Program-made: the position numbers and the translations under genes
Notes under the pieces: generated by a model
The model's database searches: none
Told to the model about the DNA's origin: nothing
The model's input: the letters and a program-made list of their open reading frames with translations, nothing else
From: an uncultured delta proteobacterium
GTDB lineage: Bacteria > Myxococcota > Kuafuiibacteriia > Kuafuiibacteriales > Kuafuiibacteriaceae
DNA: 64,000 nucleotides
Reading direction: 5' to 3'
Assembly (NCBI GenBank): GCA_963803435.1
Contig: CAWDML010000008.1
Coordinates: 480,001-544,000, forward strand
Part shown: piece after piece, positions 30,312 through 41,333 of the stretch
How positions within the stretch are numbered: the stretch's first letter is position 1
Layout: each line of letters starts with the position of its first letter

Positions 30312-31469
30312 ATGAGATGGATCGGCCTCGTCCCGGTGCTGCTGACGGCGTGCGCTCAGGCGAACGGTGAGCTCCCCGATGCAGCGGGCGACTCCGGCGC
30401 CGACCCCGGACTCGACGCCGGCCTGCCCGATGCGACCACGAGCAGCACGACCGACGCCGGCGTTGTGGACTCCGGGCCCACCTACGAGGAGGCGGTGCTG
30501 GGTGCGTCGTGGGTCGAGCTCGCCAACGGGCCCAAGGTCGCTCGCGGCAAGCAGGACGACATCTTCTTCACCACGCCGCTCCACGGCTTCGCAGTGAGCG
30601 GGCCCGCCGCGCGGGTCTATCGTACCGACGACGGCGGTGAGACCTGGAGCCCGGTCTTCCACAGCGCCACCACGTACTTCCGCAGCCTCCTGTTCGTCGA
30701 CGATCAGCACGGCTTCGCCAGCAACCTGGGTCCGATCCCCGGCACCGGCATCACCGACCCCAACGTCCTGTACGAGACGATGGACGGCGGCGACCACTGG
30801 GCGGCCGTCACCGAGATCGATGGCCCGATGCCCACCGGGATCTGCAACCAGACCAAGTCCGACGCGGATCACCTGGTGGCGGTCGGGCGGGTCATGGGCC
30901 CGTCCTTCCTGATGCGATCGAGCGACGCCGGCGCGCACTGGACGTCGTCGGATCTGGGTGCGCAGCTGCAGATGTTGATCGATGCCCGCTTTCCCTCGCC
31001 GACGGAGGGAATCGTCGTGGGCGGCACCGCGGCCAACCCGATGAGGTGCACGATCCTCCGGACGACCGACGGCACCACCTTCGACACCGTGTTCACGGCC
31101 GCCGGCGCCAACACGCTCTGCTGGAAGATCGCGTTCCCCTCGGATCGCGTCGGCTACGTCTCGATCCAGAGCCTGGGCGCCGGCACCGGCACGTTCGCGA
31201 AGACGACCGACGGCGGCGCGACCTGGACCGAGATGCCGCTGACGCCCACCCCCTACGCCGGAATCGGGATGGGTTTCATCACCGAGGACATCGGCTGGAT
31301 CTCGAGCGAGGACAGCTCGCAGCCCACGTATCGAACGATCGACGGCGGCGAGACCTGGACCGAGGATGCGGTCCTGCGCTCACCCCTCAACCGCTTCCGG
31401 TTCGTCGACGCGCGCACCGCGTATGCGATCGGAGGTTCGGTCTACAAGCTCACGATCGACTGGCAGTGA
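30312..31469 (+). CDS. BNR/Asp-box (YCF48-like) repeat lipoprotein
   Basis: Lipobox LTAC; several T.DGG.TW repeats. Confidence 0.8.
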   Translation: MRWIGLVPVLLTACAQANGELPDAAGDSGADPGLDAGLPDATTSSTTDAGVVDSGPTYEEAVLGASWVELANGPKVARGKQDDIFFTTPLHGFAVSGPAARVYRTDDGGETWSPVFHSATTYFRSLLFVDDQHGFASNLGPIPGTGITDPNVLYETMDGGDHWAAVTEIDGPMPTGICNQTKSDADHLVAVGRVMGPSFLMRSSDAGAHWTSSDLGAQLQMLIDARFPSPTEGIVVGGTAANPMRCTILRTTDGTTFDTVFTAAGANTLCWKIAFPSDRVGYVSIQSLGAGTGTFAKTTDGGATWTEMPLTPTPYAGIGMGFITEDIGWISSEDSSQPTYRTIDGGETWTEDAVLRSPLNRFRFVDARTAYAIGGSVYKLTIDWQ

Positions 31470-33954
31470 GGTCGCGGTCTCGAGCGCGATCGTGAGGTCG
31501 GGATCGATCAGGTAGCCGTCGTCGCGCGTCACGATGATCCGTTCCAGCCCCAGTCGGCGCAGGGTCGCGATGGCCACGCGCACGCGCGTCGAGGCGGCCT
31601 CGGCCTGCACCTGCTCTCCCGGCCACCCCGCGCCGAGCAGCGCCTCCCGATCGAGCGCACCGCCCGACGTCCGGTGCTGCTCGACCAGCGCCAGCAGCAC
31701 CCGCCGGATCGGTCCCCGTCGCGCGAGGTCCACCTCCGTTGCGCCGCGCACGAAAAACCACGTCGGCCCGACCGTCAGCGCCGGCGTTCCCGCATGCGTC
31801 CTCGCGAGGGCGGCCGTCAGCAATCGGCGGGCAAAGCGCACGGCAAAGCCGCTCGCCGACGCACGCGGATCGGCGAGGCGGGCCCGCGCGGCGACCAGGT
31901 GACCGTGGGCCCCCGAGGTGCGGGCGCGGGCGAGATCGAGGAGGCCGAGGTGAAGGTCGATGGCGGATTCGAACCCGGGCACGCCCGACCCCTCCAGCCG
32001 ATGGCGAGCCTCTGCGAAGCGGCGCTCGGCCTCGTCGAGCCAATCACAGTCGGCGTCGAGCGCAGCCGCGCCGCCGAGGATCAGCGCACCGACATGCCGG
32101 ACATCTGCGTGCGCGAGTCGGGCGAGCGACGTCCGGTACAGCTCGAACGCGAGCGCGTGGTCGCCGCGCTCGTGCGCGAGACCCGCGTGATAGCCCAGGT
32201 ACATGCCCTCGAACGCGACGTCCTGCGTCGTCTCGAACGCCGCCACCGCCTCGCGGTAGAGGCGCTCCGCGGTCCGATGATCGCCGTCCGCCTGCGCCAG
32301 CTGCGCCAGGTTCCCGAGGGCGAGCCCCTCCGAGCCGCGATCGCCGAGCGCCCGGAACATCACCAGCGCCCGCTCGTCGGCGATGCGTGCAGGTCCGGTG
32401 CGACCGAGCTCTCCGAGCAGCAGTCCGTGGCACGCGTGCACCTGAGCCTCGATCCTCGGGTGCTCGGTCCCCTCGATCTGCGCGAGCGCGCGCTCGGTCA
32501 GCGCGAGCCCTTCCTCATACCGGCCGCGCTGGCGCATTCGCACCCCCAGCAGCAGGAGCGCCTCCGCCTCGACGGCCCGCGCTCCGGCCGTCCGTGCCAG
32601 CTCGACCGCGGCTTCGAAGTCAGCGATCGCCGCCTCGGCCAGGCCGCGAATGCCGAGGAGCCGCCCGCGCGCGGTGAGGAGCGAGGCTCTGAGCTCCGGA
32701 TCCGCCGCTCGCTCGATCGCGTGATCGAAGAGCTGCAGCCGCTCGGGAGGCGCCCGCTCCAGCATCACCGGCTCGAGGGCCCGCACCGCCTCGGGCGCGC
32801 GGAACCGCCGTACCACCGCGAGCAGGTTCTCCTTCTCGCGCGCAAGCCAGGCGCGCGCCTCCGGATCACCGGTGCGGACGTACGTGCTCAGCACCGGCCG
32901 GGCCGCGTCGAGATACGCGCGTCGATGACGGTCTTCGAGCTCGGGCTCCAGCCCCGACTCGCGCAGCCGCTCGGCCGCGAACTCCCGGATGCTCACGAGC
33001 ATCCGGAAGCGGATTGCGGCGCCCCGATCCCGTTCCGTCGCGAGGAGCGATCGAATCCGTCAGCGACTCGAGCTGCTCGAGCACGGTGGCGCCCGAGGCC
33101 GGCAGCACGCGCTCGGCCGCCTCCAGCGAGAAGCTGCCCGCGAAGACCGAACATGCCGCCAGCGCGGTCCGCTCATCGTCCTCGAGCGAGCGCCACGAGG
33201 TCTCGATCGCCGCCTCCAGCCGCGCGTGTGGATCGTCGTCGCGCTGGGGCCGTCGCGCCAAGAGCTCGAAGCGGCTGCGGTCGAGCCGAGTTCGGATCTC
33301 CGGGAGCGAGAGCACGCGCGCCCGCGCCGCCGCCAGCTCGATCGCGAGCGGCAGGCAGTCGAGCGCCTCCGCCACGCGCGCGACCTCACCGCGATCGAGC
33401 GCGCGCTCGGCGAGTCGCCCGCGGGCGGCTGCCGCCCGATCCTCGAACAGCTCGACGGCCTCCTCGATCCCGAGCGGCCCCACGTCGATGACGACCTCGC
33501 CCTCGATCTGCGTGCGGGCGCGCGACGTGATCACCACGCGGAGCTCCGGCGCCCGCGCACACCAGCCTGCGACCTCCCCGCGAACGTCGGGGCCCACCTG
33601 CTCGAAGTTGTCGAGGATCAGGAGCGCCGTGCCGCAGGCGGCCAGCAGCTCGGGCACACGTTCGGCCTGCACGCGCCGCGGGCCGAACGCGCGGGCCAGC
33701 GTCTCCAGCAGATCAGCGCTGTCGGCGGCGTGCGTCAGATCGAGGGCGAAGATGCCTCCGCTCCAACGGCCGGCGGCGGCCTCCAGCTCGGCGAACCGCA
33801 CCGCGAGCCGTGTCTTTCCCGACCCGGGCGGCCCCACCAGCACGATCATCCGATCCCCGGCAGCGATCGCGCAGCCGAGGGCGTCGAGCACCGCGGTTCG
33901 GCCGATGAAGCGCGTCAGCGCCGCCCCGCCCACCCGCTGGATCGGCACCCCCAT
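31380..33954 (-). CDS. STAND/NB-ARC-like ATPase with TPRs and a C-terminal winged HTH; one frameshift near 33040
   Basis: FIGR, Walker A GPPGSGKT, LLILDNFE, TSR and LPLAIELAAAR; TPR helices; C-terminal L..AGWPG...RVRVAIATLRR...DGY. Confidence 0.75.
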
Positions 33955-34048
33955 TCTCAGAGGCACCATAGGGAGCCGGATCCGGCTCCGCCACGGCCGA
34001 TCGGCGGGCTGCCGGAAAGGATTTCGCCCGACGGCCGTACCACGCTCG

Positions 34049-34530
34049 GTGAAGCTGTCCCTCCCGATCTGCGCCGCCCTCACCCTCCTGACGGCCTGCA
34101 AAGAAAACCCCCAGCCCGTACCCGTCGCGCCGCTCCAGGCCGCCCCGCGCGACGACATCGCGAGCGCCCTCGGCAAGGTCCTCACCGAGAAGCCGGAGAG
34201 CCTCAGCGACGCGGACAACGCCGGCGCGGTCGACGCCTCCAAGCTGCTCGGGAGGTGGGCGATCAAACATACGATCATGCGGACGAACGGCGAGACCAAC
34301 GGCCCGACCCCGCCCATCGTCCCGACGGAGTGGACCTTCGGCGCGGACGGAAGCCTCACCGTCACCGGCGGGATGAGGATCGACGCTCGCTATGTGTACA
34401 CCGGCGGCACGCTGCTCATCGCCGGCGTGGGCCCGAAGCAGACGTATTCGGTCGACGCCCTCTCCGACACGGAGCTGACGCTGACCGCCCAGATCGTGGC
34501 GGGGGTGCGCGAGGCTGCTGGACACATCGC
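34049..34530 (+). pseudogene. Lipocalin-like lipoprotein whose 3' end appears replaced by the RAYT element
   Basis: VKLSLPICAALTLLTAC, LLGRW and WTFGADG. Beyond ~34510 the frame loses protein-like character but stays open to 34774. Confidence 0.5.
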
Positions 34531-35040
34531 ATGCCTCGCCCCGTCCAGCTCGAGCTCCCTGGTGTTCGCCACTCCGAGAACTGGGGCGGCAAGCGAAGGG
34601 GCGCGGGGAGGAAGCGCACCGCGGGTTCCGGCGTCTCCCGGAAGCGTCGCGGCTTCGAGAACCTCCGCCTCGTCCACGACTCGATCCAGTCCAACCACCT
34701 CCACCTCATCGCCGAGGGCACGCACCTCAGCCGCGGTCTCCACAGTCTCGCCATCCGCATCGCGCGCGCCGTGAACCGTGCGCTCAACAGAAAGCGCGGT
34801 AAGGTCTTCAGCGACCGCTACCATGCCCATATCCTCAAGACGCCGACGGAGGTGAACAACGCCATCGTCTACGTCCTCCAGAACTACCGAAAGCACAAAG
34901 CAGAAGCCGGCCGCCCCGTCTCCGATCGCTTCATCAATCCCTGCTCCTCGGCGCGCTACCCGCACACTCTCCCCCTCCCCAGACCTGGCTGCTCACGGAA
35001 GGCTTCCTCAAAGCCGGCCCCCTCAACCTCACGATCACCC
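34531..35040 (+). mobile_element. REP-associated tyrosine (Y1/HUH) transposase remnant
   Basis: WGGKRRGAGRK, HUH motif NHLHLIAE, VFSDRYHAHIL and YVLQN. The usual HVTxR segment appears to be missing and the 3' end has no clean stop. Confidence 0.72.
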
Positions 35041-35386
35041 CCGGCCGCACACGCCCGCGCCGTTGAGGCGCCCGCCCTCACGCGGGTACTGCGGCTTCGC
35101 CCCGCCGACGCCGGCGACGGTGGAGAAAGAACGCGAGGCGATGCGGTCACCGGAGCCCCGGCCTCCCTTCGAGCGAGCTCGCCTCCGGAGCCCCATCCTC
35201 AGCCGCTCGCGCGGCACGGTCATCGCCGCGCGCCCGAGCGGACCCGATCCCCACCCGTCAGTGCCAAAAGCAGCAAACGAACGCGCGCACCACCCGACGA
35301 AGTGTGCACGTCCCCCGCCGCTCACCTTCGCTCTGAACGCTCAGGGTCGTGTTCTGCCATCTCGGGATTCGAGTCGGGCCCCGACC

Positions 35387-36160
35387 CTACGAGGCGCCCT
35401 TGGGCCCGAGACGTCGGCCGTGCTCGGAGAGAAATGCCGGATTCATGAGCCGGAGGCGCTTCAGACGAAACGCAAAGGCGGTGCCGAAAACACCGAATCC
35501 GTACTTGACGCTACGGCCGAAGCTGATTGAGGACGACTCGGGCTCGTAGCGCGTCGGACAGGTCACCTCTGCGACTCGAAATCCGAAGTGGAGCGCCTGC
35601 ACCAGCATCTGGTTGTCGAACACGAAGTCGTCGCTGTTTTCCTCCAGCGGGAGGGTGGTGAGAACGCGGCGTGAAAACGCGCGGTATCCCGTGTGGTACT
35701 CGGACATCTTCGCGTTGACCAGGAGGTTCTCGGCGAAGGTCAGCGCACGATTCGACACGTACTTGTACAGCGGCATCCCGCCTGCCAGGGCACCGTTGCC
35801 GAGGATCCTCGAACCCAGCGCGACATCGTAGAGCTTCGAGGCGATGCAGTGTCCGAGCACGGGGATGAGCCGCGGCGTGTATTGGTAGTCTGGGTGAAGC
35901 ATGATGACGATGTCGGCGCCCAGGCGGAGAGCTTCGCGGTAGCACGACTTCTGATTGGCCCCGTAACCTCGGTTCGTCTCGTGTTGCAGGACGCGGAGCC
36001 CTAGCCGGTTCGCCAGGGCAACGGTTTGATCTCGGGACGCGTCATCGACGATCACGATCTCGTCGACGATGGACATCGGCACTTCGGCAACCGTCCGTTC
36101 CAAGGTCCTCTGGGCATTGTATGCGGGCATGACGACGCAGATTCGCTGCCCGTCGATCAC
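35387..36160 (-). CDS. GT2 glycosyltransferase (polyprenol-phosphate sugar synthase-like)
   Basis: VVMPAYN, VDDASRD, NRGYGANQK, HPDYQY, GSR and HTGYRAF. Confidence 0.9.
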   Translation of the reverse strand: MIDGQRICVVMPAYNAQRTLERTVAEVPMSIVDEIVIVDDASRDQTVALANRLGLRVLQHETNRGYGANQKSCYREALRLGADIVIMLHPDYQYTPRLIPVLGHCIASKLYDVALGSRILGNGALAGGMPLYKYVSNRALTFAENLLVNAKMSEYHTGYRAFSRRVLTTLPLEENSDDFVFDNQMLVQALHFGFRVAEVTCPTRYEPESSSISFGRSVKYGFGVFGTAFAFRLKRLRLMNPAFLSEHGRRLGPKGAS

Positions 36161-36236
36161 CGCGCAAGCCTTCAGCCTAAACTCGGCGAAGTCAACTGGT
36201 TGACGTGGCTGCGGATGTCTGGATACGAGGAGGTCG

Positions 36237-37565
36237 ATGCGACGCCCGCGCTGGGCCAGCTATCTCCCGGAGGCTCTGTTGATAGCGATGGGACTGCTGA
36301 TACGCGCCTCCTTCCTTGGCAATACGGATGCGTCCTCCACATACGACTATCTCGATCACGTTCGATACCTCGAGTGGTTTCAGACGCACCTCGCTCCGGC
36401 GCCCCTCTCGCTCAGCCGCACCTCCTACGGAGCCCCGCTCTACTACCTCCTCGGCGGTCTGGCTCTGAGATGCGGCGCCTCGCTGAAGGCTGTTGCCGAC
36501 GCCTCGATCGTCTGTGGCGGCCTTCGCCTGGTCGTGATCGCCGTCGGTCTCGAGCAGTTCCTTCCCAGCGATCGCATCGCTCGGCGCTCAGCTCTTCTGC
36601 TGGCCGCGGTGCTCCCGGCGGCAGTCCACATCGATGGGATGATCAACCCCGAGTCTCTCCACATGCTGCTCGCTTCCAGCGCCTTGCTCCCGTGGGCGGC
36701 GTTCCGGCGTGATGGGCGAACCGGATTGAAGGCGGGAGTCCTCTCCGGCACGCTGATCGGGCTCGCGCTTTGGACCAAGATCTCGTCGCTCGTCCTGCTC
36801 CCCGCCGTTGCTATCGGTGCCGCAGCCTCGAAGGTGAATGGGAGCGCAGTGAAGCCGTGGTTGGTCACGGCCACCGTTGCCGCTGCGGTCGCCTCCCCCT
36901 GGTACGTGCACACTATCAGCGAATACGGAATGCTGGCGCCGACAGCATTCGAGGCGGGAGACCGCGCTGCAATCGGCGAAGATGTCCTTCGAACACCGCT
37001 ATTTCGGAGGAGGCCGGCCTCGTTCTACTTCGGGCTCAGCGCCCCGGTCCTCGGCGTCCCTCACGCACCCGCTGCTTCAGGCAAATTCTTTCCTACTCTG
37101 CTGAGCTCGACCTTCGCCGATTACTACCTCTATAACTTTACGCCTCGTCATCAGGAGGGCTCGACCTTCGAGCTCTCACCTCATGGATGCGGCCTTTCGC
37201 GGGTTGGGGAGCTGCTCGCCGGCGTTAGCGTCGCGGCTGGAGTGCTGATCGTGTTGACCACGCTCCTCGGACTCATCGTCCTCGTTTTACGCCGTCGAGC
37301 CGAGCTGCTCGCGCTCGCCGCCCTCGGCATCGGTGCGGTGGCGGCACAGTTACTCTTCGCCCTCAAGTATCCGGTTGATCACTATGGTGTCATCAAGGGG
37401 ACCTACCTTCAATTTGCGGCCTTTCCGCTCTTCCTCGCCTACGGGATGGCTATTTCCTTCCTTTGGTCCCGCCCCGGGTGGGAGAAAGCGACCGCGATGG
37501 TCTCGATGGTAGCCGCACTGCTCGTTGCGACGTATACGATCGCCTCACGCGCGGCTCTCGTGTAG
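36237..37565 (+). CDS. GT-C fold (ArnT/PMT-like) membrane glycosyltransferase
   Basis: Multi-TM; YD...H..Y loop, PLYY, NPESL and GLALWTK. Confidence 0.65.
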   Translation: MRRPRWASYLPEALLIAMGLLIRASFLGNTDASSTYDYLDHVRYLEWFQTHLAPAPLSLSRTSYGAPLYYLLGGLALRCGASLKAVADASIVCGGLRLVVIAVGLEQFLPSDRIARRSALLLAAVLPAAVHIDGMINPESLHMLLASSALLPWAAFRRDGRTGLKAGVLSGTLIGLALWTKISSLVLLPAVAIGAAASKVNGSAVKPWLVTATVAAAVASPWYVHTISEYGMLAPTAFEAGDRAAIGEDVLRTPLFRRRPASFYFGLSAPVLGVPHAPAASGKFFPTLLSSTFADYYLYNFTPRHQEGSTFELSPHGCGLSRVGELLAGVSVAAGVLIVLTTLLGLIVLVLRRRAELLALAALGIGAVAAQLLFALKYPVDHYGVIKGTYLQFAAFPLFLAYGMAISFLWSRPGWEKATAMVSMVAALLVATYTIASRAALV

Positions 37566-37571
37566 CAAGAC

Positions 37572-39131
37572 ATGTGGAACCGCCGAAACGTTTTGCTCGG
37601 CGTCGCGACGCTGCTTTTTCTGCTCGGCGCCGGCATCCGCTTGACTGGACTCGAGAGCAACCCCCCGGGCCTCTGGCAAGACGAAGCTTCCACCGGTGTG
37701 GATGCACTCCTGCTTTGGACAACAGGTAAGGACCGGGCTGGGGTCAGCTTTCCAATCGCAGCACGCTCGTTCGGTGACTATCCACTCGCGCTGTATCGCT
37801 ACCTCGACGCCCTGGTCGTTGGCGCCTTCGGGCTCTCGATCGCGACCGAACGCGTCGTCGCAGCCTTATCTGGCACGCTCCTGATCGCGCTCGCCGCGCT
37901 CCTGGTACTTCGCCGATGCGATGCGAGAACCTCGCTCTGTTTTCTGTTGGTCGCAGCACTGAGCCCGACTTGGATTCAGTTCTCGCGGTACGGTTCAGAG
38001 GCGATTCTGATGCCGACGACCCTGGTGCTCGGTTGGCTTCTGATCGACACCGGTGAAGATCCGAAAAGACGATGGGCTATTTGGCTTGGCGCGGTATCGC
38101 TCGCCGCATCCGCTTATACTTATCACGCCGTCAAGCTGTTTCTTCCGCTCTGGATGATCGGTTTTCTCTATTATCGTGCTCCGCAGATCAAAGAGCTGTG
38201 GAAGACCGAGAGGCGCCATCTCATCGGTCCAGCTCTCTTATTTTTGATCCTGGTAGCTCCTTCTGTCTGGGTGGCATTCACTCCGGAGGGACAGGCGCGC
38301 GGCAACACCGTCGTCGTTTGGAAACACCACGATTCTCTCTTGGAGATCCTTTTTCTCATTGCGAATAACTATCTCTCCTACTTCGACCCGGGCATGCTCT
38401 TCGTGCGCGGTGGGCCTGCGGTGACGCAGAGCATTCCGTTCCGCGGGATCTGGAATCTGATCGAGCTCCCGCTCATGATTGTGGGCTTGATCTCGCTGGC
38501 GCGCCGCCCCGACGGCCGCTTCGCCAGCTTCGTCTTGTTCTGGTTCGTGCTCGGGCCTCTTCCCGGCGGAGTAACCAACGAGACCCAGAATATTGGCAGG
38601 GCGATCGGCTGGCTTCCCGCGCCGCAGATAATCTCGGCGTGCGGAATGGCTGCGCTGCTGGGCGGAGCCGCACGATCTGCAAAGAAGTGGCTCCGCTTCG
38701 GGCTTCCAGCGTTGATGTGCGTTTGCTGGGTTGCGACGGCCGTCGCCATCATTCATTCCGTGTGGGTCGAGTATCCGAAGATGACTCAACGCGATTGGCA
38801 GTACGAAATAACCGGAGCGATGAAGTGCGCTAAGCGCAGCCGTACGGACGAGCTCGTCGTGGTCTCACCGCACTTCCAGATGGCTTCACTCTTCGCGACG
38901 TTTCACTTCAACGACCTGCCGCCCTCCACCGATGGCCGCCCGGCTTGGCAGCTCGGCGAACGATCCCGGCTCGCACCTGGCGAGATCTATCTCTTTCCGG
39001 CGGGTCGTCCGACGCCCGTCAATGGCGATCGGATCTGCACGATCGTCCTGTCAGCCTCAGGCCGCGAAGTCTCGTACGTATACAAGGGCGCCGACGCCCC
39101 TCGCCGCGTTCCGGCGGTCGACACCGAGTGA
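37572..39131 (+). CDS. GT-C fold (ArnT/GT39-like) membrane glycosyltransferase
   Basis: RLTGL...PPGLWQDEA signature after TM1; multi-TM; SRYG.E. Confidence 0.75.
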   Translation: MWNRRNVLLGVATLLFLLGAGIRLTGLESNPPGLWQDEASTGVDALLLWTTGKDRAGVSFPIAARSFGDYPLALYRYLDALVVGAFGLSIATERVVAALSGTLLIALAALLVLRRCDARTSLCFLLVAALSPTWIQFSRYGSEAILMPTTLVLGWLLIDTGEDPKRRWAIWLGAVSLAASAYTYHAVKLFLPLWMIGFLYYRAPQIKELWKTERRHLIGPALLFLILVAPSVWVAFTPEGQARGNTVVVWKHHDSLLEILFLIANNYLSYFDPGMLFVRGGPAVTQSIPFRGIWNLIELPLMIVGLISLARRPDGRFASFVLFWFVLGPLPGGVTNETQNIGRAIGWLPAPQIISACGMAALLGGAARSAKKWLRFGLPALMCVCWVATAVAIIHSVWVEYPKMTQRDWQYEITGAMKCAKRSRTDELVVVSPHFQMASLFATFHFNDLPPSTDGRPAWQLGERSRLAPGEIYLFPAGRPTPVNGDRICTIVLSASGREVSYVYKGADAPRRVPAVDTE

Positions 39132-41031
39132 CGAGCTGAGCCCAGAGCAGCAACGCCAACACCAACACACCTCCGCCTCGCGGCGGCGCTTCGCTCGCGG
39201 TGCATCCACATCCCTTCTTCCGCTCCAAGCCGAAGAAGCCGGCGTCCTTGCCCACCGCGCCGTCGGGGCGGGCGGTGGCGTCGGGGCCGGCTGCGTCGAG
39301 GGTCGCGGGCGCGTCCTCGAGCTCTCCGGCGTCCTCGGGCTCTCCGGCGTCGGAGGGGAGGGCGTCGAGCTGCCCCGCGTCGGGAGAGCCCAGGCACTCG
39401 GCGGTGCAGGCGCCGAGAATGCAGGACCAGCGGGCGCCGAGGGGGCAGCCCGAGGAGAGCTCTTCGCAGTCGGGGGCGGCCTTGCAGAGGGAGAAGCGGG
39501 CCTCGTCGATGATGGTGTCGTCGAGGCGGTGGGCTTCGAAGGAGAGAGTGCGGGCGCCGGCGGTGAAGAGGTTGGCCGTGCAGGCGCGCTCAGCGTGGAG
39601 GGTGTAGCTCTCGGTGGGGGTGCGAAGGTCGTGGAGCGGGGCGCCGCTGCAGGCGGTGAGGAAGCGAATGCCGTCGACCTGGGCGTAGGTGAAGTTGTGG
39701 TTATGGCCCGCGAGCACGACGTCGACGTGGTGCTGCATCATGAGCGCTTGCCACGAGGGGCGGGTGGGGGTGGCGGCGTCGTAGAAGTCGAGGCCGTCGG
39801 TCGGGTGGTTGGCGCCCTGGTGATAGGGGCCGCGGTGGAGGAACACGACCTTCCAGCGGATGTCGGGATCGGCGTCGGCAGCGGTGAGGGTGCGCTCGAG
39901 CCAGGGGGTCTGGCTGTCGAGGATGGCGTCGCGGTCGTAGCCGTCCGTGGTTCCGGTGTAGAGGACCGTGAAGTGCACGCTGCCGTAGCGGAAGTCGTAG
40001 TGGTCGATCGCAGGAGCGTCGGGCTCGGGGAACTGGAAGACGTCCCAGAAGTAGGGGGCGTCCTCCTCGTGATTGCCCATCGCCACCATGAACGGCGCGC
40101 GTGCGAGCAGGTCCGCCATGACCCCGTAGAAGAGGCTCCAACGGGCCATCTCGGGATACATCCATCCGTTCGGTCCGTTCGCGCCCGGCTCGCTCGCCAC
40201 CATGTCGCCGACGGAGAGCACCAGGTCGGGCGCAAAGGCGCGCACGCGCTCGGCGAAGCGCATGTGATCGAGGCGCTGCGGCGTGTCGTAGAACTGCGTG
40301 TCGCCGAACATCGCGAAGCGGAATGGCGTACCGGGAGCGACGGGCGCGCGGAAGGTCTGATCGGGACCGGGCGTCCCGTCCTCGATCACGCGGTAGTGGT
40401 AGGTGGCGCCGGGCGTGAGCCCGCCGAGCTCGAAGAAGTTCCGGTGCTGCGCAGTGTGCGTGAGCATGTCGCCGTATGCGGTCGTCGGGCCCCACTCGAG
40501 CGCCACGTCGCCGCCGCCGAATGCGTCGTAGCCGACGGTGACGGCGGTCGGGCCGGTGATGGAGAGGTACGGACCACAGAACGCGACGCGCTCGTCGTCG
40601 GGGCGCACGCCAATCGGCTGGCCGGCGGGATCGAAGTCCGTGAGCGCATCGCGCCAGATGTAGACGTAGTCGTCGGCGCTCGTGGTGCCGGGCGCTAGCG
40701 TTCGGTCGGCGACCTCGCCGAAGTCGTCGCCGACGAACATCAAGCTCTTCTCGACGCCCACGCAGCTCTCTTCGTCGCAGATCGTGTGCGTGTACTTGTA
40801 GTTGAACGCCGAGGGATCGGTGGCGACGTCGAACGTCCCGGACCAGGTGTCGGGCCCGACCTGCACCAGCGGATCATGCTGATAGACGGCGGCGTCGATC
40901 CGGTTGGATCGAAGCATGACGACGTCACCCTTCGGGGTGCACCGCGGGACCTGGACGTGGAAGGAGACGGGGGCGGCGATCGCGGTCGAGGGCGCCAGCA
41001 GTAGGATCCACTGCCGGAGCATCCGGTTCAC
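39019..41031 (-). CDS. Purple-acid-phosphatase-like metallophosphoesterase with N-terminal beta-sandwich domains and a MYXO-CTERM-like segment
   Basis: GDTQ, GDMV, GNHE, FLHRGPY and AGHNH; LTPGATYHY FN3-like segment; GCGC followed by a hydrophobic stretch. Confidence 0.82.
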   Translation of the reverse strand: MNRMLRQWILLLAPSTAIAAPVSFHVQVPRCTPKGDVVMLRSNRIDAAVYQHDPLVQVGPDTWSGTFDVATDPSAFNYKYTHTICDEESCVGVEKSLMFVGDDFGEVADRTLAPGTTSADDYVYIWRDALTDFDPAGQPIGVRPDDERVAFCGPYLSITGPTAVTVGYDAFGGGDVALEWGPTTAYGDMLTHTAQHRNFFELGGLTPGATYHYRVIEDGTPGPDQTFRAPVAPGTPFRFAMFGDTQFYDTPQRLDHMRFAERVRAFAPDLVLSVGDMVASEPGANGPNGWMYPEMARWSLFYGVMADLLARAPFMVAMGNHEEDAPYFWDVFQFPEPDAPAIDHYDFRYGSVHFTVLYTGTTDGYDRDAILDSQTPWLERTLTAADADPDIRWKVVFLHRGPYHQGANHPTDGLDFYDAATPTRPSWQALMMQHHVDVVLAGHNHNFTYAQVDGIRFLTACSGAPLHDLRTPTESYTLHAERACTANLFTAGARTLSFEAHRLDDTIIDEARFSLCKAAPDCEELSSGCPLGARWSCILGACTAECLGSPDAGQLDALPSDAGEPEDAGELEDAPATLDAAGPDATARPDGAVGKDAGFFGLERKKGCGCTASEAPPRGGGVLVLALLLWAQLVTRCRPPERGEGRRRPCIRTRLRGLRLTGRSCRSDRH

Positions 41032-41333
41032 CAGCTGGCTTTTTTCAGCCCTGCGATCTGTCCGGAGTTGCCGAGGTCGCGGATCGCGATCCGAGACATG
41101 GAGAACTTGCGCAGGAAGCCGCGAGAGCGGCCGGTCACCTGGCAGCGGTTCCGGATCCGGACCGGGCTGGCGTCCCGCGGAATCTTCTGCAGGCGGCGCA
41201 CGGCCTCTGCCTTCTTCTCCTCGGGCGTCCGCGGGTCACTGACGATCTTCTTGAGGGCGACCCGGGTGGCGGCGTAACGCGCCACAATCTCGCGGCGCTT
41301 CGCGTTCTTGGCGATCTTCGACTTCTTGGCCAT
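41028..41333 (-). CDS. rpsN: 30S ribosomal protein S14, 101-aa zinc-independent type
   Basis: MAKKSKIAKN...PRDASPVRIRNRCQVTGRSRG...SRI..R...GLKKASW with a single Cys. Hidden at the end of track ORF 41028..42881. Confidence 0.95.
   Translation of the reverse strand: MAKKSKIAKNAKRREIVARYAATRVALKKIVSDPRTPEEKKAEAVRRLQKIPRDASPVRIRNRCQVTGRSRGFLRKFSMSRIAIRDLGNSGQIAGLKKASW

Noticed and set aside
31380-33954. Avs/NLR-type antiphage system
   Set aside because: No nuclease, TIR or SIR2 effector and no defence-island context; it resembles regulatory STAND proteins.
35040-35390. Possible REP array or ncRNA after the RAYT (CCGGAGCCCC twice, short hairpins)
   Set aside because: No clear repeated palindromic unit could be established by eye; needs a genome-wide repeat search.
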